This document shows positions 17,813-27,400 of a stretch of DNA of 64,000 nt, one piece after another. Location of the stretch: the NCBI GenBank assembly GCA_025964395.1, contig JAOPYY010000005.1:7957-71956 (forward strand). The letters run 5' to 3'. Below the pieces are notes generated by a model that had not been told where the DNA came from, searched no databases, and saw only the letters and a list, made by a program, of their open reading frames with translations. Source of the stretch: Actinomycetes bacterium (GTDB lineage Bacteria > Actinomycetota > Thermoleophilia > Gaiellales > Gaiellaceae). Within the stretch, counting starts at the first letter, position 1; every line of letters starts with the position of its first letter. A program made the position numbers and the translations under genes.

Positions 17813-18636
17813 CCCCGCTGCTGCTCGCGCTTGGGGCGTCCCTCGCCTGGGGCGTTTCCGACTTCGTGGGCCCACTGGTCGCCCGGACCCTGGGCACGTT
17901 GCGCGTCCTCTTCTGGGCGCAGGTTGGCGGGCTGGTGGCGATCGGGCTCGCTGTGGCTATTCGCGGCCAGGGGCCTGCCGGATGGGCGGTGCTGTTTGCG
18001 GTCCTCGCCTCGATCGGCGGAATGCTCGGGCTGTTCGCGTACTACCGCGGCATCCAGCGCGGCGCGATCAGCGTCGTCGCGCCGATCGCGGGCGTCTCGG
18101 CGATCGTCCCGGTGATCTTCGGGATCGCGACCGGCGACAGCCCCTCCCCGTTGCAGCTCACCGGCGTCGCCTGCGCGCTGCTCGGCGTCGCGCTTGCCTC
18201 GATCGAGCATCACGAAGGCTCCCGCCGGGTCGCCGCAGGGGCGGGACTGGCGCTGCTTGCGGCCGCCGGCTTCGGCTTTTACTTCCCGTGGATGCACGCG
18301 GCCGGGAAGGCCGACTTCTGGTGGGCCTCGCTCACCTTCCGCACCGTCGCGTTGCTGCTCGTCGCAGCTGTCGTCGCGCAACAACGCACGCCGCTGAAGC
18401 TCGGTAAGCGCGACCTCGCGATCGTGTTCGCGGCCGGGATCGGCGACACGGTCGGCAACGCGCTCTTCGCTGCGTCCTCGGCGCACGGGCTCGTCAGCCT
18501 GACCTCGGTGCTGGCATCGCTCTATCCCGTCGTAACCGTGCTGCTCGCGGCCTCGGTGCTGCACGAACGGGTCGCGCCGATGCAGCGAGCCGGGATCGTG
18601 CTGACGCTCACCGGCGTCGTCCTGATCTCGTTCTAG
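17809..18636 (+). CDS. EamA/DMT-family transporter
   Basis: 10-TM protein with two EamA-like halves. The TTG start overlaps the upstream stop (TTGA). Confidence 0.8.
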   Translation: MTPLLLALGASLAWGVSDFVGPLVARTLGTLRVLFWAQVGGLVAIGLAVAIRGQGPAGWAVLFAVLASIGGMLGLFAYYRGIQRGAISVVAPIAGVSAIVPVIFGIATGDSPSPLQLTGVACALLGVALASIEHHEGSRRVAAGAGLALLAAAGFGFYFPWMHAAGKADFWWASLTFRTVALLLVAAVVAQQRTPLKLGKRDLAIVFAAGIGDTVGNALFAASSAHGLVSLTSVLASLYPVVTVLLAASVLHERVAPMQRAGIVLTLTGVVLISF

Positions 18637-19556
18637 ACGTTGAAGCGAATGTTCAACACGTCGCCGTCCTTGACGATGTAGGTCTTGCCCTCGAGGCCCT
18701 GCTTGGCCTGTTTGGCGGCCTCCGCCGCCGAGCCGAGGGTCACGAGGTCATGCCAGTTGATTACCTCGCACCGGATGAAGCCGCGCGCGATGTCCGTGTG
18801 GATCGCGCCTGCCGCATCCAGCGCGGTTTGACCGTTGCGCAGCGTCCACGCACGCGTGTCCTGCTCGCCCGCCGTGAAGAACGTGATCAGGTCGAGCGCG
18901 TTCGCGAGCCGGCCCGCAATGTCCTCGAGCGCGGACTCGCTGCCGTCGCGGTAGGCGGCCGCCTCATCGTCAGGTAGCTCCGCGAGCTCCGCCTCGAGCT
19001 TCAGGTCGATGCCGCCCGGCCCGTTGACGATCGCGATCAGCGGCTTCGTCGTCAGCGGCTCGAGCTCGCCCGGCAGTTCGCCGGGGTAGGTCGAGAGCTC
19101 GCCGCCCGCGTCGACGTGCGCGAGCACCTTCTGCAGCTCCTCGAGCTCGCCGCGCAGCTTCGCGTCGCCCGACTTCGCCTGCTTCTCGACGCGCTCCAGA
19201 CGACGTTGCACATGGTCGCGGTCCGCGACGAGCAGCTCGAGCTTGAACGTCTCGAGATCGTCATCCGGCGTCGCGTCGGGCCCGAAGCCCCGCAGCACGA
19301 CGAGCAGCGCATCGACCTGGCGCAGGTTCCCGAGCTGCGCCTCGCCGGCACCGGGAACGTCCTGGACACGGATCGTGGCCGGCGTGATCTTGCGTGCCTT
19401 CACGATCTCGGCGAGCTGCTGGAGGCGCTCGTCGGCGATCGGCGCCATGCCGACGTTCGTCTTCCCGTACTCGCCTCCGCCGGTCTTCGTCAGCGCGGTG
19501 AAGAGCGATGTCTTCCCGCTGCCCGACGGGCCGACAATGCCCACCTCGAGTGCCAC
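18633..19556 (-). CDS. ychF: YchF/Obg-family ATPase (short form, TGS-like C-terminus)
   Basis: P-loop GPSGSGKTSLF and C-terminus GKTYIVKDGDVLNIRFNV. Confidence 0.8.
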   Translation of the reverse strand: MALEVGIVGPSGSGKTSLFTALTKTGGGEYGKTNVGMAPIADERLQQLAEIVKARKITPATIRVQDVPGAGEAQLGNLRQVDALLVVLRGFGPDATPDDDLETFKLELLVADRDHVQRRLERVEKQAKSGDAKLRGELEELQKVLAHVDAGGELSTYPGELPGELEPLTTKPLIAIVNGPGGIDLKLEAELAELPDDEAAAYRDGSESALEDIAGRLANALDLITFFTAGEQDTRAWTLRNGQTALDAAGAIHTDIARGFIRCEVINWHDLVTLGSAAEAAKQAKQGLEGKTYIVKDGDVLNIRFNV

Positions 19557-19573
19557 GGCCGTGGAGGGTAGCT

Positions 19574-19618
19574 AGAGGCTTGATGTGAAACGCACGCGCA
19601 GTTCCACATCAAGCCTCT
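19574..19618 (-). terminator. perfect 14-bp inverted repeat spanning the sigma-factor stop codon
   Basis: AGAGGCTTGATGTG (19574-19587) pairs with CACATCAAGCCTCT (19605-19618) around a 17-nt loop. No U-tract follows. Confidence 0.45.
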
Positions 19619-20202
19619 CGGCCTTCGGACTCGCGCTTCTCGAGCTGCTTCTGCAGCGAGACGAGCGCACGGTGCTGGAGCGACTTGATCGCGCCTTCGG
19701 TCTTTCCGAGGATCGTCGCCGCCTCCGCGTTCGCGAAGTTGAACACGAACTTCAGCGTCAGCACCTGCTGCTGCTCGGGCGAGAGATCCTCGATCAGCTC
19801 GAGCATCGACTTGCGGCCGATCGACTCGAACGCGCCGGCCTCGGCCGAGGTCGCCTCGTCGGGCTCCGGCTCCGGCACCTCTTCCTCCGGCTGCCAGCGC
19901 TTGTTGGCGCGGAAGTGGTCCATCGCGAGGTTGTGGGCGATCCGAAAGAGCCACGCCGAGAACGGCGCCGACTGCCAGCGGAACTTGCCGATCGCCTCCA
20001 GCATCTTCAGGAACGTCTGGGTCGTCAGGTCTTCGGCGTCGTGGCGGTTGCCGACGCTCACGTGGAGATAGCTGTAGATCCGGTCGAAATGGATCAGGTA
20101 CAGCTCTTCGAGCGCGCCACGATCGCCCTTCTGGGCGCGATCGACCAGCGCGCGCACGCGCTTGGTCTCGCTCTCCTTCTTCGTTGCCGCAGCTTCGCTC
20201 AT
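19609..20202 (-). CDS. ECF-type sigma-70 family RNA polymerase sigma factor
   Basis: Region 2 (FSAWLFRIAHNLAMDHFR) and region 4 (LSPEQQQVLTLKF..AEAATILGKTEGAIKSLQHRAL). Confidence 0.85.
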   Translation of the reverse strand: MSEAAATKKESETKRVRALVDRAQKGDRGALEELYLIHFDRIYSYLHVSVGNRHDAEDLTTQTFLKMLEAIGKFRWQSAPFSAWLFRIAHNLAMDHFRANKRWQPEEEVPEPEPDEATSAEAGAFESIGRKSMLELIEDLSPEQQQVLTLKFVFNFANAEAATILGKTEGAIKSLQHRALVSLQKQLEKRESEGREA

Positions 20203-20251
20203 CCCGACTCTTGATCCGTGCCCTGGAGCGCTCCGCGCCTAACCAGAGGTC

Positions 20252-20485
20252 CTACGCGGCAGCGCCGAAACCTACGCGACTTTCGCGTCCGAAGCGCTTG
20301 ACGTAGACGATCTTCGGGATGGAAACGGTGTAGCGGCCGTCCTCGGCCTCGAAGCTCAGGCTGTCGTGAGCACCTGCGAGGGCGCGATCCAGATCATCGG
20401 CCGTCGCGACGGGGACGTAGACGTTGAGCACCTGGGTGCCCTCGAAGGCGATCTCGATTCTGATGCGGTCAGCGTTGTCTGTCAT
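20252..20485 (-). CDS. DUF3107-like small protein
   Basis: The pattern IRIEIAF...YVKRFGRESRVGFG resembles actinobacterial DUF3107. The ATG at 20485 overlaps the mce 3' end by 17 nt. Confidence 0.65.
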   Translation of the reverse strand: MTDNADRIRIEIAFEGTQVLNVYVPVATADDLDRALAGAHDSLSFEAEDGRYTVSIPKIVYVKRFGRESRVGFGAAA

Positions 20486-20879
20486 TACCGACGAACTCTG
20501 CCAGAACGCCACCGGTCGCCTCGGGGTGGACGAACGCGACCTGGAGGCCGAACAGCCCGCGGCGCGGCTGCTGGTCGATCAGGAGCACGTCGTGGGCCTT
20601 CAGCCGGTCGAGCTCGGCGGCTAGATCCTCGACCTCGAACGCCATGTGATGCATGCCCGGCCCCCGCTTGGCGAGGAACCTCCCGACCGGTGTGTCGGGC
20701 CCGAGCGGCTGCAGCAACTCGATCCGGGCCTCGCCCACCCGCAGCGACGCAGCCTCAACGCCTTGATCCTCGACACGCTCGCGGTGCTCCAGCGTCGCGC
20801 CGAACAGTTCGGCGTAGACGAGGATCGCCGCATCGAGGTCATCGACCGCGATCCCCAGGTGGTGCAGGTTCAACGCCAT
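20469..20879 (-). CDS. mce: methylmalonyl-CoA epimerase (VOC/glyoxalase fold)
   Basis: LHHLGIAVDDLDAA...IELLQPLGPDTPVGRFLAKRGPGMHHMAFEV. Confidence 0.8.
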   Translation of the reverse strand: MALNLHHLGIAVDDLDAAILVYAELFGATLEHRERVEDQGVEAASLRVGEARIELLQPLGPDTPVGRFLAKRGPGMHHMAFEVEDLAAELDRLKAHDVLLIDQQPRRGLFGLQVAFVHPEATGGVLAEFVGNDRQR

Positions 20880-21418
20880 TCGTGCTCCAGCATCGCGTAG
20901 ACGAGCTCACTCTGCCATTCGCCCTTGACCCACTCGTTCTCGACCAGGTGCGCCTCGCGGCGCATGCCCAGCTTTTCCAGTACCCGCGCCGACGCCGTGT
21001 TGCGCGCCTCGAGCCGGCCGACCACGCGATGGAAGCCCAGGCCGTCGAAGGCGACGGCGAGAAACGCGCGTGCGGCTTCGGTCGCATAGCCGCGGCCCTG
21101 GTGATCGGGATGAAAGATGAACCCGATTTCGCCGGTCTTGTGCTCCGTGCTCACCCACTGCAACGACATGTCCCCGACGAGTTGCCCGGTCTCGCGCGCG
21201 ATAACCGCGGCGCTAAGCCAGTCGTGCTCACCGAAGAACTCGTGGCTTGCGATCTTGCGCTCCAGCAGCTCCCGCGTCTCGTCCAGCGTGCGCGGTTCCT
21301 TGTAGAGCCAGCGCGCCGACTCCACGTCGGACTGGATCGCGTACAAGGCGTCGAGGTCGCCTTCCTCGAACGGGCGCAGCACGAGACGCTCGGTCTCGAG
21401 CGGCCAGTCGGGCTTCAT
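20870..21418 (-). CDS. GNAT family N-acetyltransferase (RimJ/RimL-like)
   Basis: TERLVLRPFEEGDLDALY and the acetyl-CoA motif HQGRGYATEAARA. Confidence 0.8.
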   Translation of the reverse strand: MKPDWPLETERLVLRPFEEGDLDALYAIQSDVESARWLYKEPRTLDETRELLERKIASHEFFGEHDWLSAAVIARETGQLVGDMSLQWVSTEHKTGEIGFIFHPDHQGRGYATEAARAFLAVAFDGLGFHRVVGRLEARNTASARVLEKLGMRREAHLVENEWVKGEWQSELVYAMLEHEWR

Positions 21419-21445
21419 GAGCGGGACGTTACCCGGAGTTGTTTC

Positions 21446-23014
21446 TCAACCCGTGGGGTCTGCGCCGAGGGCACGCACGGTGCCGACGGAGTCCGACGAG
21501 CGCGACTCGACCTCGATGCCGACGAAGAGCTCTGCGAGCTCCTCGCGGTCGAGCGTCTCCTTGTCGAGCAGCGCCATCGCGATGCGGTCGAGCGAGCCGC
21601 GGTGCTTCGCGAGCAGCCGGAGCGCATCCGCGTAGGCCGCGTCGGTGAGCAGCGCCTGCTCGGTGTCGCGAAGACGCTTCGTTTCCTCCGAAAGCGCGTA
21701 GTTGTCCGCACGCATCGTGCGCGACGTGACGGACTCGCCCATGCCCCACTCGAAGACCATCGCGCGTGCGACCTGTGTCACCTTCTCGAGATCGTTCGCT
21801 GCGCCGTTTGTGACGCGACCGAACACGATCTGCTCGGCGGCGCGGCCGGACAACGCCATCACCATCCAGTCGAGCAGCTCTTCCCTCGTTTCGAGGTAGC
21901 GCTCTTCTTCGGGCAGATGAAGCACATAACCAAGAGCGGTGCCGCGCGCGATGATCGTCGCCTTCTCGGGCGCGTTGCCGACGAGGTGCGACATCAGCGC
22001 GTGACCGCCCTCGTGGTAGGCGAGGATGCGCTTCTCCTTGTCCGTGACGACGCGCCGCTGCTGCAGGCCCGCGACGACCCGCTCGAGCGCGTAGTCGAAG
22101 TCCTCGTGCGTCAGGGTTGCGCGGTCGTTGCGGCCCGCGGCGATCGCAGCCTCGTTGCAGATGTTCTGGAGATCCGCACCGGTCAGGCCGGCGGTCTGGC
22201 GTGAGACGGCGTCGAGATCGACGTCGTCGTGGAGCGGCTTGCCGCGCGTGTGCACGTCGAGGATTGCGCGGCGGCCCTTCAGATCGGGCGGGTTGATCAG
22301 CACTTGGCGATCGAAACGGCCCGGGCGGAGCAGCGCCGGGTCGAGATCCTGCAAGCGGTTCGACGCGCCCATCACGACCACCTGGTCGCGCGGGCCGAAG
22401 CCGTCCAGCTCGACGAGCAGCTGGTTGAGCGTCTGGTCCTGCTCGCGATTGAAGCCGTTGCCGCTGCGCGCCATGCCGACGGCATCGAGCTCGTCGATGA
22501 ACACGATCGACGGGGCGTTCTTGCGCGCTTCCTCGAAGAGCTTGCGGATGCGCGCGGCGCCGAGGCCGGCGAACATCTCGACGAACGCCGACGCGCTCTG
22601 CGCGTAGAAGCGCGCGCCCGATTCGTTTGCGACGGCCTTCGCGGCGAGCGTCTTGCCGGTGCCGGGAGGACCGTGGAAGAGGATGCCCTTCGGCACGCGT
22701 GCGCCGAGCGCCTCGAAGCGGTCCGGGTCGCGCAGGAAGTCGACGATCTCCTGCAGCTCTTCCTTCGCCTCGTCGAGGCCGGCGACGTCGGCCCACGTGA
22801 CGGCGGACGCCGAGCCCGGCGTGATCTCCATCGGTTTGACGCGCGGCATCAGCTTGACCGTCTTCCAGAGCAGGTAGACGACGACGCACATCAGCACGAA
22901 GAACATGACCGGGATCCAGGTCAGGACGAAGTTCGAGAACCACTTCGAGATATCGAAAGCGAGCGGCATCCAGTTCCCCATCGGCAGCGCCAGGCCGCCT
23001 CTAAAGCCCAGCAA
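21446..23014 (-). CDS. ftsH: FtsH-family ATP-dependent zinc metalloprotease, short N-terminus with a single TM
   Basis: Walker A GPPGTGKT, Walker B IVFIDELD and zinc site HEGGHAL. Only one hydrophobic segment precedes the AAA module. Alternative starts at 22981 and 22969. Confidence 0.85.
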   Translation of the reverse strand: MLGFRGGLALPMGNWMPLAFDISKWFSNFVLTWIPVMFFVLMCVVVYLLWKTVKLMPRVKPMEITPGSASAVTWADVAGLDEAKEELQEIVDFLRDPDRFEALGARVPKGILFHGPPGTGKTLAAKAVANESGARFYAQSASAFVEMFAGLGAARIRKLFEEARKNAPSIVFIDELDAVGMARSGNGFNREQDQTLNQLLVELDGFGPRDQVVVMGASNRLQDLDPALLRPGRFDRQVLINPPDLKGRRAILDVHTRGKPLHDDVDLDAVSRQTAGLTGADLQNICNEAAIAAGRNDRATLTHEDFDYALERVVAGLQQRRVVTDKEKRILAYHEGGHALMSHLVGNAPEKATIIARGTALGYVLHLPEEERYLETREELLDWMVMALSGRAAEQIVFGRVTNGAANDLEKVTQVARAMVFEWGMGESVTSRTMRADNYALSEETKRLRDTEQALLTDAAYADALRLLAKHRGSLDRIAMALLDKETLDREELAELFVGIEVESRSSDSVGTVRALGADPTG

Positions 23015-23612
23015 TCACTTCGGCGGTCGTGACAAAACGCACGCCCCCGTCCCGCCACGCCGCGAGACAGGCAGCCGTTCGGGCCTCGTCCAGGCCGCGA
23101 GAGGCGTCCTCCACGAACGTCACAGCCCGGCCGCGGGCCAGCAGGCCCCGGATCGCCGCGTCGTTGCACACATCAGTGGCGACGCCGAAGAGCACGATCT
23201 CTTGCGGGTCGAGCAGCTCGAGGAGGCGGTCGGTGTTCGGATTCGTGAACGGATCGTAGGCCTTTTTCAGCACGAGGAACTCGCGCCCCCGGAGCCACGA
23301 GGGGTCGACCTCGGTCTCGCCGAGGACGACCGGATCGGCCTGCTGCGTCTCGGGGGGCCGCATCGCGCCGGGGGTTCCCCGGAGGCAGTGCGGCGGCCAG
23401 AGGGTCGCGAAGTCCGGCTCGGCCGAGATCTCCGGGTCCGACAGCTCGTGGTCGTCGGCGCTCGCAACGTGCGGGATGCCGGAACGGCGCGCCGCCTCGA
23501 CGAGAAGGGCCATCGCCGGGAGCGCCTGCTCGGCACCGGGGACGTACAGCTTCCCATCCGGCATCACGAAGTCGACTTGCGTATCGACGTCCCAGAGCAC
23601 GCGACCTGCCAC
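23001..23612 (-). CDS. pncA: isochorismatase-family nicotinamidase
   Basis: DVDTQVDF, WPPHC and FGVATDVCN catalytic-type motifs. Directly downstream of the NAPRTase gene. Confidence 0.75.
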   Translation of the reverse strand: MAGRVLWDVDTQVDFVMPDGKLYVPGAEQALPAMALLVEAARRSGIPHVASADDHELSDPEISAEPDFATLWPPHCLRGTPGAMRPPETQQADPVVLGETEVDPSWLRGREFLVLKKAYDPFTNPNTDRLLELLDPQEIVLFGVATDVCNDAAIRGLLARGRAVTFVEDASRGLDEARTAACLAAWRDGGVRFVTTAEVIAGL

Positions 23613-23680
23613 GGCCTGAGCGTATCCGCGCGGACCTACTGGGTTCCCGCGGGCTGGGACTGCACCTGATTCGGTCTCAA

Positions 23681-23722
23681 CCGAACCCGCGGCTACGTGA
23701 CGAGCTCGAGCCGCGGGTTCGG
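23681..23722 (-). terminator. perfect 14-bp inverted repeat enclosing the pncB stop codon
   Basis: CCGAACCCGCGGCT (23681-23694) pairs with AGCCGCGGGTTCGG (23709-23722) around a 14-nt loop. Confidence 0.4.
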
Positions 23723-24787
23723 CCGGTGGTGGCGGCCGACCTTGGCCGACGGCACGCCGTCGGTCAGCACGATGTCCGCGGTGAAGTCGTTCGAGCCGCG
23801 GATCAGCGACGAGCCGACGCCGTATGCGTCAACCGGTACGTCGTCTTCCTCGAAGTCGTGGATCTTCTCGACGGTGAAGCCGCCCGAGACGACGATGCGC
23901 ACCTCGTTGAAGCCTTCGCGGTCGAGCGCCTCGCGCACCTTCCAAACGAGCCGCGGATTGACACCGTTCGGCTTGAAGTCGCCCATCTCTTCCCAGAGCG
24001 CACGATCGACGAGCGTCTCGGAGGTGTCGAGCCGTACGCCCCACAAGCGCGGGCCGAGCGCATGTGCGACCTCGAGCGCGGTGCGGACTGAGTCGTTCTC
24101 GAAGTCCACGAGGACCGTCACGTTCATGTCGTCCGGCGCCCAGTCGGCGAAGTGCTTCGCGGCAGCGACCGTGTCGCCACCGTACGACGCAATCAACGAA
24201 TGCGGCACCGTGCCGAGCCCGCTACCGCCCCACCACGACGCCTGCTCGTCGGTCGTGACACCGATCGGCGTACCCACGATCTGTCCGGCCACGTACGCGG
24301 AGTACCCGTCACCCGTCTGGACGCGGTGATGGTCGTGCCGCGCCGGCATGAAGATCACCGGCTTGCCGTTCGCCGCACGCAGCACGTTGACGGTGTTCGT
24401 CGTGATCAGCGTGCGCCGTGCGAGCGTGCCGAGGTACACGGTCTCGAGATGCGCGAACGCGGTGTAGTCGCCTTCGATCGTCATCACGGTTTCGTACGGC
24501 TCGATCGAGTCGCCGTCGTAGAGCGCATGCACCGTCAGATCGGGCCACGTGTCGGCGCAGAGCTTGAGGACCGCGATCGCCTCGTCCATCCCGCCGAGGT
24601 ACGCGTTGTTCTTCTGGAACACCTGCATCACGACGTTCGGGTGCCGGCCGTCCTCGATCAGCGTCGCGCGTGCGTGGTTGAAGTACGCGTCCGTGTACCA
24701 GCCGGTCTGCATCTTCTCGACCGGCAGGTCGAAGATCGAGGGATCCAAGCGCTTGTGCGTCGACGTCACTGCTCGAGTTCCAGGCAC
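23693..24787 (-). CDS. pncB: nicotinate phosphoribosyltransferase (short type)
   Basis: 364-aa type II PRTase-like ORF (TDAYFNH..., GVRLDTS, VSGG). Adjacent to the nicotinamidase gene. Confidence 0.8.
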   Translation of the reverse strand: MPGTRAVTSTHKRLDPSIFDLPVEKMQTGWYTDAYFNHARATLIEDGRHPNVVMQVFQKNNAYLGGMDEAIAVLKLCADTWPDLTVHALYDGDSIEPYETVMTIEGDYTAFAHLETVYLGTLARRTLITTNTVNVLRAANGKPVIFMPARHDHHRVQTGDGYSAYVAGQIVGTPIGVTTDEQASWWGGSGLGTVPHSLIASYGGDTVAAAKHFADWAPDDMNVTVLVDFENDSVRTALEVAHALGPRLWGVRLDTSETLVDRALWEEMGDFKPNGVNPRLVWKVREALDREGFNEVRIVVSGGFTVEKIHDFEEDDVPVDAYGVGSSLIRGSNDFTADIVLTDGVPSAKVGRHHRPNPRLELVT

Positions 24788-25533
24788 GCGTGGAGCGCGG
24801 CGTTCGCGACTTCCAGCTGGTCGGCAGACGGCTCACGCGTACCGAGCCGGTGCTGCAGCTCGTGGCCCGGCTTCGCAAGCGCGCGCGCGAGCGGGTGCTC
24901 GTCGTTGCGCGTCATCCAGTTGAAGATCTCGACCGACGCGGCGATCGAGCCCACCGCGGCTACGACCTTGGCCGCCGGGCGCACCCGCCTCGGCGCCTGC
25001 TCCGCTACCAGATTGCCCGCGGCGGTCGTGAGCAGCATCGGGCCGAGCAGGTGCGAGCCGCAGCGCTCGTGCTCCTTGGGGCGCGCTTCGCCGTGCTCGT
25101 AGCTGCCGATCGAGACGTGCTCCGCGCCGTGGTAGGCGGCGAGGTCACCGCCGCGCAGCGCGAACGCGGCCGGCGCGACGGAGAGCACGCCGTTGACGAG
25201 CTCGCGCGTCAGCGGACGCAGGCCGGAGTTGCGAATACCGCGCAGGACGAGGGCGCTCCCGATCATCGACGCGAGCACGCGCGGCCGTTCCATCGGGAGC
25301 TGCGCTTCGGGCAGCGCACGCTTGACCTGCGGCAGCAACGCGAACACCTCCGCGATCCGCGCCGGCCCGCGCAGCAAGGGGTTGTTGACGTCGACGGCAC
25401 GGAAGCGCTTGCGCTTCGCGACGACCTTCAGTTCCCCGTCGGCGGTGCGCACGGCGCACGCCCAGGCCCGCGGGCCGTGCACGAGCACGCCGTTTGCGAG
25501 CGCCATCCCGCCGAGCCGGACCCTCTCGGTCAC
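24766..25533 (-). CDS. DUF1385 family protein
   Basis: GGMALANGVLVHGP..., YHGAEHVSI and HERCGS are typical of DUF1385. Confidence 0.8.
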   Translation of the reverse strand: MTERVRLGGMALANGVLVHGPRAWACAVRTADGELKVVAKRKRFRAVDVNNPLLRGPARIAEVFALLPQVKRALPEAQLPMERPRVLASMIGSALVLRGIRNSGLRPLTRELVNGVLSVAPAAFALRGGDLAAYHGAEHVSIGSYEHGEARPKEHERCGSHLLGPMLLTTAAGNLVAEQAPRRVRPAAKVVAAVGSIAASVEIFNWMTRNDEHPLARALAKPGHELQHRLGTREPSADQLEVANAALHACLELEQ

Positions 25534-26336
25534 CGCTGGGAGCGTACCCGGAGCGCTTCCTGCAGCCGCGCGGCGACGGCACCGGGGTTGCCGGCGCCGA
25601 CCACTGCGTCGTCGAGCGAGACCACAGGCATCACCTCACGCACCGACGAGGTGGTGAACACCTCGTCTGCGCCCTCGAGCTCCGTCAGCGGGAATCGGTC
25701 CTCGCGCACCTCGAGGCCCTGCTCCCGGGCGAGCTCCCACGCGACGGCGCGGGTCACGCCCGGCAGCACACCAGGCCCGGTCGTCGGCGTCGAGAGGATG
25801 TCGCCACGCCGCCACCAGATGTTCGACATCGGCGCTTCGAGCACGATGCCGTCTGCAACGAACAGCGCGTCGTCGCGTCCGTTGCGCTCCGCCTCGCGCA
25901 GCGCCGCGAGCGCAAGCGCGTAGCTCGTCGCCTTCGCGCCTGCGACGAGCGCGGCGGGGAGCCCCGTCTCGACGACATGCATGCGCAGTCCGCGCGCGCG
26001 CAGCTCCTCGATCCCTGCGGGGATCGGCGCAGCGGTGCCGACGAGGCTCGCCTCGGTGCGGTAGAGCCGCAGCACGAAGTCCCCCTCGACCTCTGCGACG
26101 AGGGTCGCAACGAGCGACTCGGCAGCACCCTCGCCGAGCGGCGGCAACCCGAGCGTGGACAGTGAGCCCCGCAGGCGCTGGAGGTGGCGCTCGAGCTCGA
26201 ACGGGCGGCCACCGTAGACCGGCAGCGTCTCGAACGCGGAGCTGCCGCGGAGCAGTGCCTCGTCGTCGGCGCGGAAGACCGGCTCCGCCGGATCGACGAG
26301 CCCTCGACCGTCGACTGCAACGGCGAGCAACTTCAC
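25530..26336 (-). CDS. pabC: class IV aminotransferase fold protein, probable aminodeoxychorismate lyase
   Basis: SAFETL, HLQRL and EAPMSNIWW motifs. The GTG start overlaps the pabB stop (GTGA). Confidence 0.7.
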   Translation of the reverse strand: MKLLAVAVDGRGLVDPAEPVFRADDEALLRGSSAFETLPVYGGRPFELERHLQRLRGSLSTLGLPPLGEGAAESLVATLVAEVEGDFVLRLYRTEASLVGTAAPIPAGIEELRARGLRMHVVETGLPAALVAGAKATSYALALAALREAERNGRDDALFVADGIVLEAPMSNIWWRRGDILSTPTTGPGVLPGVTRAVAWELAREQGLEVREDRFPLTELEGADEVFTTSSVREVMPVVSLDDAVVGAGNPGAVAARLQEALRVRSQR

Positions 26337-27400
26337 GCCCGCACTGCTTTCAGCGACCCCGTCGAGCCTGCGTCGCTGCTTCCGATCGAGGCGAGCAGCG
26401 GGCGCGCCTTCACCCACGACTCCTCGATCTCCGCCTCCGCATCGGAGTCCCAGACGATCCCGCCGCCGACCCAGAGATGCGCGCGTCCGTCGGCAATCGC
26501 GAACGTGCGGATCGTCAGCGCGAGCTCGAAATCGCCGTTCGCCTGAATCGTTCCGAGCGCGCCCATCGACGCGCCGCGCCCGACGGGCTCGAGCCGCGCG
26601 ATGTGGTCGATCGCGGAGATCTTCGGCGCGCCGGTGATCGAGCCGCCGGGAAACGTCGCCCGGAGGATGTCGGCGAGCGTTGCGTCGGGACGCAACTGTC
26701 CCTCGACGGTGGAGACGAGATGGGTCACACCGGCGAGCTCGTGCTGGGCCATCAGCTCGGGCCAGCGAATCGATCCGACCTCGCACACGCGTGAGAGGTC
26801 GTTGCGCTCGAGGTCGACGATCATCACGTGCTCGGCCGCGTCCTTCGCGTCGTCGATGTCCTCGCCGATCGGCCGCGTGCCCTTGATCGGCATCGTCACG
26901 AGCCGGTCGCCACGCCGGGCGAGGAAGAGCTCCGGCGACGCGGAGACGATCGCCCATCCATCTCCGACGAGCGGCCGCGGGTGGAGCGGACGCAACGGCG
27001 CGAGCGCCTCCGCGAGCGCGAGCGGGCTCCCGGCGAACGGCGCCGAGAGGTGCTGCACGAGGTTCACCTGGTAGACGTCGCCGCGCTTGATCGCCGCGCG
27101 TACTTCGTCGACGGCTGCCGCGTAGTCCTCGGGCGCCCAGGTCGCCTCCCACGCCCCTAGCCGTTGGTGGTCGCCCGTGGAACGCTTCGGATCATCAACG
27201 GGGCGTATTCGGGCGGCCAGCAACGGCAATGGACACGGCTCCGGTGGCGCCGGCCACGGCTCGCGGCGCAGCGGCTCGCCAAGTCCGTAGCCGAGGTACA
27301 CGTCCGCGACGAAGCCTTCGCGCAGTTCCTCCGCCAGATATGCCTCGAGCGACTCGAACGCGCCGTCGGGCTCGAACACCTCCAGCATGCTCAGCCGCAA
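26333..27400 (-). CDS. pabB: chorismate-binding enzyme, probable aminodeoxychorismate synthase component I (short form)
   Basis: ELFL..., PIKGTRP, EHVMIVDLERNDL, GGSITGAPK and GGGIVWDS. Confidence 0.75.
   Translation of the reverse strand: MRLSMLEVFEPDGAFESLEAYLAEELREGFVADVYLGYGLGEPLRREPWPAPPEPCPLPLLAARIRPVDDPKRSTGDHQRLGAWEATWAPEDYAAAVDEVRAAIKRGDVYQVNLVQHLSAPFAGSPLALAEALAPLRPLHPRPLVGDGWAIVSASPELFLARRGDRLVTMPIKGTRPIGEDIDDAKDAAEHVMIVDLERNDLSRVCEVGSIRWPELMAQHELAGVTHLVSTVEGQLRPDATLADILRATFPGGSITGAPKISAIDHIARLEPVGRGASMGALGTIQANGDFELALTIRTFAIADGRAHLWVGGGIVWDSDAEAEIEESWVKARPLLASIGSSDAGSTGSLKAVRA

Noticed and set aside
19580-19596. parS-like half site (ATGTGAAACGC).
   Set aside because: Only one arm resembles the TGTTTCACGTGAAACA consensus. 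The sequence is part of the loop and stem of the sigma-gene hairpin.
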